Shown here: in pieces, positions 1 through 12,894 of the stretch
Numbering within the stretch: position 1 is the first letter of the stretch
How the letters are laid out: every line of letters begins with the position of its first letter
Origin: Takakia lepidozioides
Taxonomy: Eukaryota; Plantae; Bryophyta
DNA length: 64,000 nucleotides
Assembly: GCA_030704615.1 (NCBI GenBank)
Contig: CM060733.1
Coordinates: 64,046,001-64,110,000 of the forward strand
Direction of reading: 5' to 3'
The notes under the pieces: model-generated
What the model was told of the DNA's origin: nothing
Database searches by the model: none
Seen by the model: only the letters and a program-made list of their open reading frames with translations
Position numbers and translations under genes: made by a program

Positions 1-361
1 TTCTGGAAGGTCCTTGGACGCAAGGGAAGTAGTCTGTACCCCAGCTGATGTCAAAATGATGTGATTTGATGTATGCAGAGTTGCTTCTTTGATCTGCAAT
101 AAACAAGGCCATCTGTGGGTTGGGTGGGTGTGAAGCTAGAGCTGGTGTGAGTTTTGTGCTTTAGTAAATTTTGATTAATGTGCTGTGCTAGTGTCAAAGA
201 TCTGCAATGAATGGCAGCGCCCGCTCCACAAGAATGCCTTTGGGAGGGTCGGTCACGTATCCATCTCGAGGACGAAGGTGGGGATCATATACTTACTACT
301 TGATGCAGGGTTGAAAGAAGCAAGCAAAAGCAAATGGTCAGTAGACCTGACGACTTGGGGG

Positions 362-1800
362 TTTTTTTTTTTTTTTTTAAAGAAAGGGAGTGGAGCCCTG
401 TTTCTCAAATTAAAGAACGAGGAAAAATAACCTCATGAAGGGCCATAAGACACAACAGTTGGGGTGGGGTGGGGGACCCTCCCAGAGCACCACGATGGGT
501 AGCCAAATAACCACTCATGGTTCACTGAAGAAAACACCTGGTAAGAACCAGACACTGTAAAGAACTGCCAGGGCATAAATATAAGAAATTAACTCTGCCA
601 TCTATGCCTTGTGGCCAAAAGCGAACCTGCAACGAAAGCGAGCTTTGAGGAGAAAGCAGATCTAGAGGACAGGTCTAGAATACAACAAGGAGGAATAGGA
701 AAGATAACGCTTGGATCTAAGGGCCTCAAAATTGAGGTGGGCCTTAATCTTCGAATTCCTATTCTTCCTATGCTTCCAGTTAATATCTTCTTCAAAGTCA
801 TGATGAGGAGAGGGCCAGGGGCTGGAGGGGCCACCATTGGTTGGGGACCGCAGGATGGAAAGAGCATTTGTCTCCGCTTCTGGTGCAGATGATGCTTCGC
901 CAACCCCAGGAGGAATCGAATTCTTGAAGTAACATGGTCCGTTTCTCTTAAGAACATCTGCAAAGAGTTGCAAGCACAACACCCTAAGCCTTTTTCCCCT
1001 CAACCCAAAGATCAAAAAAGATCTTCCTTAGCACCAATTTCAAGCAGGGGAATTCACCGTCATACCACTTAGCACATCGAGCCTTCCATATGTGCCAAAG
1101 AGCTAAAGCACAAATGGTAGACCAGACTTGGAAAGTGAATGGAAAGTGAGTTAGAATTCACAACTTTCCAATGAGCATAGAAAGCTCTAATTTTTGACCA
1201 TACTGTCACAGCAAAATAGCACTGAAAGAGAGCATGCTCCAGGGTTTCCACTTCCTGGGCTGGACACATTTTGCAGCAGAGGGGGGATCAGAAGTATAGG
1301 CTCCAAACGGAAGGATCCTATGGGCAAGTCTCCAAAGAAAGCCCGAGTCTTTTGCTGAGCGGTGTTTTAGCCAGATGTCTTTCCAAACTGCTACCCAGTC
1401 TTGCACCTTTCTGCAAGACAACTTGCCACTTTTGGTCCCATTTCCTAGTCAAAGGATGAGAAGGATGCAACATAGAGTAACCAAGCTTGGCCGTGTAAGC
1501 AAATAATGGATCCTTCTTCCTAGAGATCCACTTCCATTCACCAGGGTCAAAAGGCAAGTCAACCAGCGGTTTACACTCAAACCAGAGAAGGTCACACCTT
1601 TGATAGCCAATCTTTCCATCCTTTCAGCGGGGGCTTTGGATCCACACTGCCCGAGGAAGAGGTCAATCACTCTGATTCGAAACAAGAGGTTTCTTGGAAT
1701 GACAACCAATTCTGGCAGAGGGGAAAGCCTACCCCTCACATGGATTTGGGTTATTATAAACATGGAGGTAAATGCGGTTTGTCCCTGGGATATCAATGAC
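362..1800 (-). mobile_element. L1-like LINE 3' end (ORF2 zf-RVT/C-terminal region), degenerate
   Basis: Minus-strand frames give FLWRLAHRILP and C..ETLEHALFQCYFAVTVW (zf-RVT-like) plus PFDPGEWKW..YTAKLGY. The T-run at 362-378 is a poly(A) tail on the minus strand. Frameshifted; 5' limit approximate. Confidence 0.7.
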
Positions 1801-2110
1801 TACACATCATCGTCATCGGAAGAGCAGGAGGGGGTTATGTATGGACATAGTTCCAGCAGCACGAGGTGTCAGTCGGGTTCTGCTACGTAGTAATGGTTTC
1901 AAAGGGCAGATGTGCGCAGGCAGATCCGTTGATCCAATGCAATAATAAACGGAGCACGGCAGGAGAATGTCCTGGGCATCATTGCAGAATTGCTCCAAGC
2001 ATCAAAGCATCCTCCACCTTGCACTTTACACTCATCGCCACTTGCCACTTATCGCCCCACTCCGCAATTCTTCTTGGGGTCCACCCAGTTACACCAATCC
2101 TTAGACCTCA

Positions 2111-2950
2111 TTCTTTTTTTTTCTCTTTTGTTCTTTTTTTGAGAACAGGGGACAGTGGCCCTGGTAAATTTTATTAAATGGTAAGGAAAAAGTAACCTTA
2201 CAAAGAGCCATGAAGGCAGAGGATGAGGTTCCCCAGTAGTTCATAAGAAAGAGGGGAGAGAGAGGTGGAGAAGCAGAATAACTAAGCAAGGCTAGAGCAA
2301 ACAGAGCAGCCATGACCTGCACTACTCTACAGATGCACTACATGCTGCCTCACTCTTGGGGGGATCAAAAGACAATTGAGCCTTAGATTTACCTTTCCTA
2401 AGACTACGCTTATGCCTCCAGTTCACCTCAGCCTCATCCGGCTCAAGAGGGGAGTGGGCACTAACCGAACTACCAGCAGGCTGAGAGGGTGTTTTCCCAG
2501 ACGATTGAAGTATCTGAAATCCTCCAGCAGAAGACATGGTTTTTTGCCCAAGTACTGTCAAAAGCTGCAAGCAGTTGTGATCTCCTTCGATTGCCACATC
2601 TGGGTAGAGCTGCCAATAAAACATGCCTGGATTTGTGAGCCTCAGACATCATGTCTGAGTGAGCCAAGAACAATAGCTTCTGAAGGCAGGGGATAGCATT
2701 TTGGAAGCCGAGAAGGTAAGACTATGATTCCACATAGAATAGAGATTGAAAGCATAAGACCAGACAGCTGTAGCAAAAGGACAGAACACAAGACAATGTT
2801 CTATATCTTCCGTAGCATTCTGAGTGCAGGATGCACACGAAGTAGGAGAGTCTTGAAAGTGAGCTCGCACGGGGATGATACGGTTGGCTTTCTTCAAGAT
2901 TCTATCTTCTCCTTTCTAACTTGGTTGTCTGGGAAACAAATTCCAGGTGA
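2111..2950 (-). mobile_element. Second L1-like LINE 3' end, 5'-truncated
   Basis: KANRIIPV..CASC..EDIEHCLVFCPFATAVW (zf-RVT). C-terminal EVNWRHKR..KAQLSFD resembles DINWKHRK..KAHLNFE of the first copy. T-rich tail at 2111-2140. Confidence 0.7.
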
Positions 2951-3482
2951 ATTGGGGACATTGGAAAATGAAATTCCTCACTGCTATCTACGATTCTGGT
3001 ATGAAAGTGGTGGAGGAAATTCTTCATTCTCAGAAGAATACGCCAACGGAGTCTGAATCTCCCCCCAGCGACAAAATTTTCACTCTCATGGATCTCTCCA
3101 CGACAACTCCCTCTCCGGTGAGTCAAGATACTTCTCTCTGTCGACAGCTGCCTTGCCTGTCCCTGTATTTTGTTACCTGTTGTACTGGTGGAATGTATAT
3201 AATTGGTCCCTTCAAAAACCCGTGGAGCTTACTTTGCCATGATCAATGGTGTCGTCGATTCCACAATCTGCTGGCTTCATCTGAGGGGTTATGGAATGGC
3301 TGCTCTTCCTTTCTGCTGGCATTTTTATCAGATATCCTTCAAGGGCGTTCACTCAGAATTGGCAGTTTTGTTTATTGCCTGGGTCACCCCTGCTTTCACT
3401 CAATCTGTGCTTCCATCTTGGCTTCCTTTTGGTGCTGTATCTCCCGGCCATCAAATCGTAGAGCTATCTCTGCGGGCTGTCA

Positions 3483-4700
3483 TTGGTTTCCCACATGAGC
3501 TCGTCGTTTCCTACTTGGAATGTCGGAGGCATTGGATCTGATGCATCTGTTCCAAAGAGGAGACGGGTGAAACTCTGTGCTACCTCTTTTATGTCATCCT
3601 CTTCCATCATTTTTCTTCAGGAAACAAAGTTGGACGATTCTAAGATTCAATCCATTGGGAACTCCTTTTGGCCACAGTACATGGCCTGGTGGAATCCAAC
3701 AGTATCGGGCTCCCGTGGTGGCACTGTCATTCTGGCATCCCCTACTTTCTTCCCATTCATTCAGGAGGTGCAGACGTGGGTTCAAGGTAGGGTTCAGTGC
3801 GCTTTTACCAAGCCAGACTCCTGTTTTGGTCTCTCTGCGTTTATAAACATCTATGCTCCAAATTTATCTCTGGTGCGTGCCTCCTTATGGAACACGATCA
3901 GAGATAAGATTGTTAACCTTCCCCACATCCACAATTGGGTGCTTGCGGGGGATTTTAATATGGTGGATAACTTTGATGATCGTTTGGTCCATTCCTCTCA
4001 TTCTCTTGCAGATGCAGATCAAATTGCATGAGATTTGCTCTGTTTCTCTGTTGGTCTGGTTGACACCTTCCATGAATCCTCCTGGGGGTTAAAGTTCACC
4101 TGGTCTAATCTGAGGCAGCCCCCGCACTTAAGTATGGCCCGCTTAGACCGTATCTACTGTTCTCAAACTCCTCTCTCTTGGGCCAATTGCATCCCTACTG
4201 GTCCGATTGTGCCTGACTTTGATCATGCTGCAGTGACAGTGACGTTGAATCCTCCTAGTTTACATGCTAGAGGGAGAGGGTACTTCAAACTTAACCCCTC
4301 CATCCTCAAGTTTCCTGAGCTCCTTCAAAAGGCTTCTCCCTTCATGATAAGCTGTGTGCAGCTTTTGCTCTCTCTGGGTCTCGGGGTAATTGCTTCAAAG
4401 TTCATTCTGACGGGACCCTGTTTGACCCTAGGATGGATCTGATCCCCAGCAGTTCTCAATGCTATGACATCCGTGTTTGTTGCTCATTGTCCGGGAAAGT
4501 TACCCCCCTGCCAGATGAGCTACACCATTACCCCAATTCTTTCAGGTGGTTTCTTTCTGCCCCCGTTAGATTGCTGCAGTTTGACCCTGGAGAATGGTTT
4601 TGGATGGATAAAACTCATGCCCATTTTTTTTTCTTGTTCTGTGAAGTTGGGATACTCTCTCTTGATGCCAAAGATGAACTTCGAGACAAAATGGACAGAT
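3483..4700 (+). pseudogene. LINE ORF2 APE-type endonuclease, with RT deleted
   Basis: Motifs TWNVGG, IFLQETK, NIYAPN, LAGDFN, FTW, ARLDRIY and DHAAV; in-frame TGA at 4029-4031. Sequence then jumps to FDPGEWFW..VKLGY, which lies after RT in the copy at about 1500. Confidence 0.8.
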
Positions 4701-5213
4701 CTTCAAAGGTTTCTGGCTTTTTATGTAGGAAGAAGTTGGATGGAGAAGTTACCAGAAGAGAATTGATGAAGAAAAGAAGCAGAAAAGATACGAATATTAG
4801 GGGTGATGGTGAGATGAGGAAGACAGGGAAGGAAGATGTTATTGACTTTAGAAAGAATGATGTCCATCTCTTTACCCGGAGAGTAAGATTCCAAGTCCTC
4901 TGGGAAGAACCAGGATCCAACAAAGGAATCACAGCCAGTGGCCAGAATGGCGGGGGTCCCTTCCGGGAAACCAAAAACCATAAGGGTTACATGAATGGCA
5001 ACCGCCAAGGGCCTCCCTGGTGAGAAATCATCAGGCAACATTAACTTATTGAACCTTGGCTTTCAGTCTGCTGCAAAAGTAATCCAGATTGTCAGCTTCA
5101 CCTTCTGCCAGTTGAAAAATGACAGCTTCTGCCTTAGAACGGGCAATCAGCCACCTTTCGCTATCTAACATTCACAGATGGAGAAGGCAAGTTAGTGACT
5201 TTCGTCTTCTTAT

Positions 5214-5900
5214 TCAAGGGACAGCTTTCACATTACCTTCTTTGTGACAGAGGTGACAAAGGATATTCAAGCATTCTTCAATAACAACTATAATGATGAA
5301 GGAGTTGTCAATGGTGGGGAGCTTGAGAGAGTCAGTAATCACTGAGGATTCAGGCACTAACACAACAATTTTGGGAACACCAGAATCCCAGGAAGGATCA
5401 AAGAACACCAGAATCCCATGAAGGATCAAAGTGGCCATTAGAGTCAACACTGAGCATGTCTTCCTCCTCGAAATCGTTGACGTTCATTGATCCAATGTAG
5501 GCTCCAAAGTGAGCCCCAATCTCCGGCAGGGACTTGAGATAATTGCCAGGTAAATAAGGCAAGGCTATCACCATCGGCTTACCGGTGACTCCAAGCTTAT
5601 GGCCCCAGTCAATCGACCATGGGAAAATATGCACCCGGTATCTGGGTCTGCGGACATTGAATTTGAGAGCTTTTGAAGCATGTTCTTTCGAGCTGAACAT
5701 CATAGAAAAGAACCCTCTTCCCAAAGGGTGGCAAAAATGGTAAGTGAGGCCGCCATCTGCTCCCAAGTGTTCGATAGTCCACGTACGAGCCCAATGACGG
5801 TCCCGGATCCCTTACTCAGACAACAGTTTGGACTGCTCTTTGACCACATTCATGTCCAACTGGAGAACAGGTTGGTCATCGTGTAAGGTCGCAGCCACTT
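5214..5900 (-). pseudogene. LINE ORF1 (DUF4283-like plus degenerate zinc knuckle)
   Basis: PLGRGFFSMMFSSKEH..IFPW..IALPYLP..EIG and CHLCHKEGN; broken by frameshifts. Confidence 0.6.
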
Positions 5901-6617
5901 CACTCCAAGCCACTTCACTCGAAATGTCAGATAGATTGCCCTGAGGAGAGGAAGAGAAGGGAGCAGAGCCCATAAGTCTAGAGCCATTGTTCCTGTTAAA
6001 GTTTCCACTTCTTCTTCTTTCCCGTCTGTTAGAACGGTAGGCCCTTGGGGGACCCCCAGAAACCGCATTGATAGGGGGAGCCAGTAGAAGTGGAGGAGGG
6101 GAAACAGAAGAGGAAGGGGCCCGCTGCTGCACCAAAAAAGGGGGCCCGACACAGCTGAACACAACAAGCAAGGGCACCAGGAAGAATGAGAGTCTGACTC
6201 GTGAGGAAAAAGATAGAGGATGAGAGAGGCACTTATCTACAGCGAGATGAAAGCCCGAGAAGCCTGGAGAGCCATTCGTTTGGCTAGAGCTGCCGACATG
6301 GAGAGCAAAGGAGGTGTCAAGCAACCATCAGTCGGACAAACAGGAAAGCTTCACCTAGCCGCCATACAGCGCAACGCGCTATTTATGGAGTGAAATGAAG
6401 AGCACACAGCGCAACACACTCTCCAAGGTGCGAAATGAAGAGAAAAGCCAAGTGACATGAAAGGAGCCCTGCTAAAGCAATGGAGAAGGTCGTGGAGGGA
6501 TGATCACATCCAACCTGGAGAACAGGAAGCGAAAGAGGAGAGAACCCGTTCGTTGACAGTGAGGGGAGACTTGCGAAACGGCTAAGTCCCAATCCCACTC
6601 AACATACGGAACGGTCT

Positions 6618-6828
6618 TTTTTGTTTTTTTTTAAGGGAAACACCTGGGAGCGACAGCTCACAAATCAGGCCCCTTAATAGTGAGAGGAGAAAATAACCTC
6701 TTTCACAGTAACCCGCCATGAGGCGTAGGAATGGGGCACCACCCAGGAACCATACCAAACCATACCACACCCAGATTTGACCCCAGAATCGTCTGGGTAG
6801 CACTCAGTGCACTTAACCAACTGAGCTA
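6618..6828 (-). mobile_element. tRNA-derived SINE with target-site duplication
   Basis: Minus strand begins TAGCTCAGTTGGTTAAG (A-box-like), has GGGTCAAATC (B-box-like) about 45 nt later and ends in an A-rich tail. Flanked by the direct repeat GGAACGGTCT at 6608-6617 and 6829-6838. Confidence 0.7.
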
Positions 6829-7842
6829 GGAACGGTCTACATAGCTGGCCTTGCCCCCCAGACAATGTCATCATCTTCTTTTTGAATTTTTAAGGCAAAC
6901 TAGGGCTTCGCGTTGCTCCGCACTACTAGCGACGAATTCTGAGAAGTACGTTCAATTTGCACAAAAAGGGGTGGGTCATCCCCACGGTGTTAGATGCAGA
7001 GATCCAGTGTTTTATTTATTTATGGAAGAAAAATGGCGGAGTATTGTCGGAGCTATCTCTGCATTTCAATGTTCAATTTTCTCAAAAAAGGTTGGGTCAT
7101 CCCCATGGTGTTACATACATACAACCTGTATTTCATTGTTTTTTGCAAGAAAAATGGTAAACATTTCATTGCCAGATATATTAGTTCTGTATCAGCTCTC
7201 CCAGTGGCTTGGAGTCTTCAAACACTTCCCTTGTTTGAAGAGGTAGGGCCTACTCGAGGATGCTACAAATGATCTTGAAGAAAGAGTGAAAATTATTGCC
7301 ATATGCAAAAGTTAGTGGGATCCATCTAAGCCTGGTAAACAACGAAGCCTGGATACGTACTTTTATATGTTACCAATATAATCCATTTATTTTTTTCACT
7401 TATTTTATTTTACTCCACAAAATATTTTATGCTAAATACATTCAGAGTTATATTAGAAACTCTTACCAACAGTTAGTAGCTCAGTTGATAAGTGCACTGA
7501 GATGATTCGTGTGGTACGCTCTTCTGCAAGGGATAGCATCCCAGCCATTGTTGACAGGAACAGAATGAATGGGTGAGGAAGGGAAGGCATCCCATCCAGT
7601 GGTTTGGACTTCTTCTTCATTAATCCATGTGCCACATTTGGGACTATGAGCAGTAGAATCCCCAGTGTTCAGCCACCCTCCGTTAATGATTTTTGTTGAA
7701 TCTGTCAAACCCTCATCTGATCCTCCAGCCCTCTTTGGCAGTACATGATGGTCAAGACTCTCAGGAAATGGTGGATGGTTGAGTAGCTGCACAGATCAAT
7801 GAATGAAGCAAGACACTTGCATCTTGCCAAGAAACCATCTTT

Positions 7843-8441
7843 TCACCAGTAATCACCACAAGAACAAATCTCATCTTCAAAGTGGTGAAAGCAGTTAGCG
7901 TCCCATACAACAATTGCTCGGCCAACAATCTTTGAGATGAATTTGGTGGAGGTGTGGCAGTCACCACACACTTGAAGATTCTTGATGAGATGGAGAGGCG
8001 TCCTAGGGGTCGTGCTGATCAGCCCAAAACCAATGGCCAGCTTCTCACTGTGGTGGCAAAGAGAAAAAAAAAAATTCCTCCTCCCCCACATCATGCAATA
8101 CAAATCGCGTGTCAGGCACATACCCTGCCTCCTTTCATCTGCCCAGACAATCTTCTCAGCTCAGCATGGATTTCCTTAATTATGGGATGCAACTTGTCAT
8201 CTACAGCAAAGGTGTGCACCCTGTTGCCAACCTCAATGCAGCAGCGACCTGGCTCCTTTCTAACCCCTTTGACCTCCATCATTCTTCTCACCTTTGCAGT
8301 ATCATCCCACGTGCCAGCTGCAGCATAGATGTTTGATAGCAACACATAAGTCGCGGCATCCTGTTCATCCCATTTGAGGATAGATGTTGCCGCACGTTCA
8401 GCCATCTCCAGATTGTCATGTATTCTGCAGGTATCAGGCAA
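7843..8441 (-). pseudogene. PLS-class PPR RNA-editing factor, E/E+/DYW C-terminus only
   Basis: ATYVLLSNIYAAAG..KEPG..IEV..VHTF (E/E+), HSEKLA, CGDCH and terminal DYW*. Two frameshifts near 8070 and 8133; the 5' part is cut off at a CACTA end. Confidence 0.9.
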
Positions 8442-9365
8442 CACTAGAGGAAAAACGCGGAATAACCACTGGCCCTTTAACCACTACTGTTTTTTCCCAC
8501 TCTATAAACCACTAGTAACCACTTGCCAGTGGTTAATCCCAATGAAATGCCACGGTGGCATCACAGACAGTGGTTGGAAGTGGTTTCAACCACTCAGTAG
8601 TCCACGTGTAATAATTTGTTTTTATTTATTTATTATTTATTTGGTAATATATTTTAATTAATAAATATAATATTCCACGTGGACGAGTGCAGTGGTATAT
8701 TGTGAGTGGTTATAGACACCTCAGTGATGGGAAGTGGTTGAAACCACTTGCTATTCCACGTGTAATAATTCAAATTTTATTTGTGATTTATGATTTGGAA
8801 ATATATTTTAATTCATAAATATAATATTCCACGTGGACGGGGACTGTGCACGTTGATCTTGAGTGGTTAAAGACACCTCATTGATTTGTACCACTTTGGC
8901 AGTGGTGGAGAGTGGGTGGTAAAAGATACTACAGTGATTGGAACCACTATTCTAGTGGTTGCTCATGAGTGGTTACCTACACAACAGTGATTGGTACCAC
9001 TTTTTGGGTGATGCATGAAAAACTTTAAGTAGTTTGTGCAGCTGTGACAGACTTTGAAAAACAGACAAGTGGCCAGACCATTGTGGGATGATGCTATTGA
9101 ACAAATGGTTCCAACAATAAACTTTATTCTGAATCTGAAACATATTCGTCACCCTCTGAATCACTTTGCTTAACTGGAATAGTGGTTGGTTGCACAAATG
9201 CCGCTTGAATGGTAGCCAACATAGCCAGGTCTTCTTTATTTAGAGCCGTGTGACCATCTAATGACCTAGGCATTGGTTAATCTGATAAGGTAGACGTCGA
9301 TTGGCACGCCACTCATCACCACATGCCTCTCTATCTGCTGTGAACTGTGTCTTCTCTGTTGCATA
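8442..9365. mobile_element. CACTA element terminus with subterminal repeats
   Basis: Starts CACTAGAGGAAAAA where PPR similarity ends. Many AACCACT/AGTGGTT motifs and a roughly 150-bp internal duplication. Partner end not found; right limit is set by the next insertion. Confidence 0.65.
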
Positions 9366-9957
9366 TGTCAAGTTATTTTACCACTAGTGTGAAACTAGCT
9401 AGGAAATAGCTAGCTTTTACATATTGACATTTGGGATTGGCCCAAGTGTCAATCCAGGGGTCAAGGCAGATTTAGGCCCTAGAGTGGTTATCTTCACGGC
9501 AAGCGCGAGAGGCTCATCTTTATCAAGTTGAGCCTCACCGCGCCTAGCTATGGCGCCGTAGTGTGGATTCCCCATGGCGTGGGGTGCACTTGGCTTGACT
9601 TGTATTTGAATGATGAGGTTATATATGCATGAGTTTATGCTTCAGCTTTGTGAGCTCGTGCTTGTATTCTTCTTCTTTATCACTCGAGGAAGATGAGCTC
9701 GTATCTGTGAGTGCCAGATACGAGTTAGTTGTAGCACTTGTGGTTTTTGCTTGAGAATGAGAGAAACCAGGTTGTTATGCAATGAGCACCGTGGAGCTCT
9801 TGGTTGTTAGAAGCGGAGGCGATGTGGGTTACGAGGTGGTAGACCTTGGCATTCGATCTTCAGCTTCAGAGATGAAAGCACCATGCTGCAGGTAATTCCA
9901 GAGTACCTTGATGGTTTCAGATTGTGTACATGCATGAGCAAGCACGATTGGGAAGAG
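9366..9957 (-). mobile_element. LTR-retrotransposon terminal sequence (host copy, left part)
   Basis: Begins TGTCA. Near-identical inverted copy of 17905-18505. Continues at 18510 after the nested insertion. Confidence 0.75.
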
Positions 9958-10618
9958 TGTCATGCGCATACATATCGCTACACAACTACATTGCTGTCCA
10001 AAACCACACAACACATGTGCACACCACACACTAGTATACCACTAGTCCACCACTAGTCCAACCACTAGGCTACAACTAGCCAGTCACTAGGCTACCACTA
10101 TGCTACCCACTATGGCAGTCACTAGTCCACACAATCGCCCCCTTAGCTGGTGCTTAGGTCCCTCTAAGTCGAGGTAGCCACAAGATGTGATAGTGACCAT
10201 AGCCTCACTAAGTCCTCCACCACTATCCATACTACACTCAAACTCGATAGATCAAGAGGCCGGGTGCAAGAGTTGCCCCATCGTTAGTCGCCGTCTTGCA
10301 ACCTGTGAACTTGAGCTTGGGATCTCATGTATTGACTCCTATGAGCTTGGCCTCCCATGTCTTGTTAGCTGCCTCCAGTCATGTCCACTGCCACTATCCC
10401 AAGCAGTGTGGACACAACCAATCTCCGTCAGGAACCTTCTCAAGAGGTGGTGTCAAACATCCCATATGCCAACCCCTTGAGCATCGATCACACACCAGCA
10501 TGGTGGCTGCCCCTTTGGCAGACCCACAGAGCATGCACCTTAAACCTACAGGTACCACTGCGCTGGGGACAGTGTCGGTTCGAGCACTAGCAATACTAGT
10601 GGGTACACGAGACGAGGT

Positions 10619-11194
10619 GTGCGGTTTAGGCCACCTTCACCTCCTGTGTCTTCTACGGAAGGTTCTGATTCGGATTGTGAATCAGGAGGACTCATACCGG
10701 CGGTAAAAGTTGTTTCCTTGCCATTGTTGTGGGACACAATGGAGGAGATGTATGGAGCTACCAAGGGGCCACAAAGGTACTCTAGGGCGGTGGGCACCAT
10801 CGAGTTGGATGATTTTATCCAAGAGTTTGATAGTTGGTGTGATTTGCAGCAAATGCGCAATCCACAACTATTTACGCCTTTCATGGCATGGAAGGGGCTG
10901 TTTCAGCACCTTGAGGGGCCGCCTATGGATGATTACCATGAGTTCAGGCGGGGGCATGAGGTTGAGATCGAGGAGTGGAGGATGTACTGGTCACCCGACT
11001 ATGTCTCCATCACTAGGGGCACTAGAGCCACGAGGGCAGTGGCTGCACCTGCCGCTGCACCGGCAGCTTCAGCAAGTAGCAGAGGGACTAATGGGACTGG
11101 TGGTACAGTAGCTACGACGTCCACCCAAGCCACTACCGCACCAGCACTAGTACCCGTGCCTGCCTTCAACCCTGTTGTGGAGTTCTTCGAATGA
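10619..11194 (+). pseudogene. gag-like ORF of the DNMT-carrying gypsy element
   Basis: Lies upstream of the zinc knuckle and protease; ELDDFIQEFDSWC..LFQHLEG resembles a capsid N-terminus; premature stop. Confidence 0.55.
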
Positions 11195-11242
11195 GATTGC
11201 CCAGAGGGAGACAAAGGGCCGACACATGCACAGCTTGCACAG

Positions 11243-12560
11243 TTGCAGTGTGGGCATTATGGCAAGCACGGGCATGGAGAGGCCCAGTGTTATGGTTTGC
11301 ATCTTGAGTTGCGCCCAGGCCAGTTCCAAGGGAACAATGGTGGCCGGGGGCGAGGTGGAGCAGCCCAGAGAGGACGAGGTGGCCAGCCACGAGGTGCAGG
11401 CCAAGGGCAAGCTCAACATGGCCAAGGACGCGGAGGTCAGGGTGTTGACCAAGGCATGGCCAACCGGCTACAGCAGCTAGAGCAGAGGCTCGCTGCCATG
11501 GCTACAGCTCAGGTGGTACCGGCTCTAAGGCCGGATGGTCCACCTCCTGCTCCTGAGGGAGGAGATATGGGAGGCATGGGATTCATGTGTGGAGCAGCAC
11601 TACCACTAGTGCAGGTGGAGTCTGCTGCAGCCGTGATTCGAGGAGCAGCACAAGTTCCTGAGCCACGAGGTGCAGAGGTGGCGTTGGATCCACAACGTGG
11701 GGAGGCAAGCCGTCAAGCTAGGCTTCCTCAGTCGTTCACATTGGCGGAGATAGTGTCGACGCTATCCATGGCACCTAGTTCTCGCCCGACTGTTACCGAG
11801 GCGGAGGTTACTATGCCATTGGGGAGAGCTACACGGGTAGCACCACTACCTAGTGTTGCCAAGGCTACAACAGCTAGTGTGCTGCTAGGAGCGGCCACAT
11901 CTATGTGTCAGGCTCCATTGTTCTCGGCTACCATGATTGCGACGCCGGGGGTAAGACCAGCTGAGGTGTTCAGGCTGGTAGCTACACTCTGTGAGAGTGG
12001 GGAGGTTACTTCATCTTCTGCGGAGATAGTGGGAGGTGTAGTGCCAGAGGAATCCTCGGATTTGAGGGTCAAGACTGCCACGGCGGCGCCATGGCAAGAT
12101 GCAGCTGCCAGGTTGATGGAGCTGCCAGCCAGGCCAGCCATTGTGCGCGCCATGGTGACACCTGGAGTTGTCATGTTAGACAACCAGGATGGCATTTTCT
12201 GTTTGAGTGGACCGGCAGGCAAGAGGTACCGGCCACTGCGGGTCTTGTTGAACTCGGGAGCTCAGCCATTGATGATGGGTAGAGCTGCTATTGCAAGCTT
12301 GGGCCTCACGGAGGCGGATATGGAGCCTCGGCGTGAGTTGGCTATCAGACTACGGCCGGATCACCCTACAGATGGCTCAGTGATGCGAGCCAAGGCCATT
12401 GTGACAGACGCGGTCTCATATGATGTCCTGGTTGGTGGGGCAGTGTTGTACCCCATGGGCTTCACCCTGGATTTTTGGGAGGAGTCAGCTTCCTATAGGC
12501 CTGCATGGCAGTCAAGGGAGGGCCGGCGTGTGCAGCTCCCTATGACGTTCATAGGAGGAG
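11243..12560 (+). pseudogene. gag zinc knuckle plus retropepsin (aspartic protease)
   Basis: CGHYGKHGHGEAQC (degenerate CCHC), RVLLNSGAQ (DSG mutated to NSG) and YDVLVG, in the same frame as the DNMT N-terminus. Confidence 0.75.
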
Positions 12561-12894
12561 CGGTTGCCCAGCGAGGCAAGATGTCGACACTAGCAGCATT
12601 CACAGCGGTAGTGAGTTGGCCTAGAGAGTTGCTTCAGGGCAACGCTCATTCAGAGGATGTGCCACCTCCGGGAGAGCAGGATGACATGTATGGTATGGCG
12701 GAGTTGCCTACCATGGTTGCTCAGACTCCATTGTGGGGCACGAGCAAGGATTTGCAGCGGGATGCTGATCGACGGGTGCAACAAGCCTGGGTGGAGGCTT
12801 TTGTACCATCAGGAGAGAGGAGAGTGCGGGGATTGCACCAGGATCACCTCAGTTGTCTCCATTGGAACACACCTATTGTGTGGCAGTATCCGGA

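Noticed and set aside
7481-7792. Short minus-strand ORF with three GW dipeptides (AGO-hook-like)
   Set aside because: Too short, with no gene context or recognisable domain.
10441-10460. TGGTGTCAAAC as the primer-binding site of the DNMT gypsy
   Set aside because: Only a partial match to TGGTATCAGAGC and no clear adjacent LTR end.
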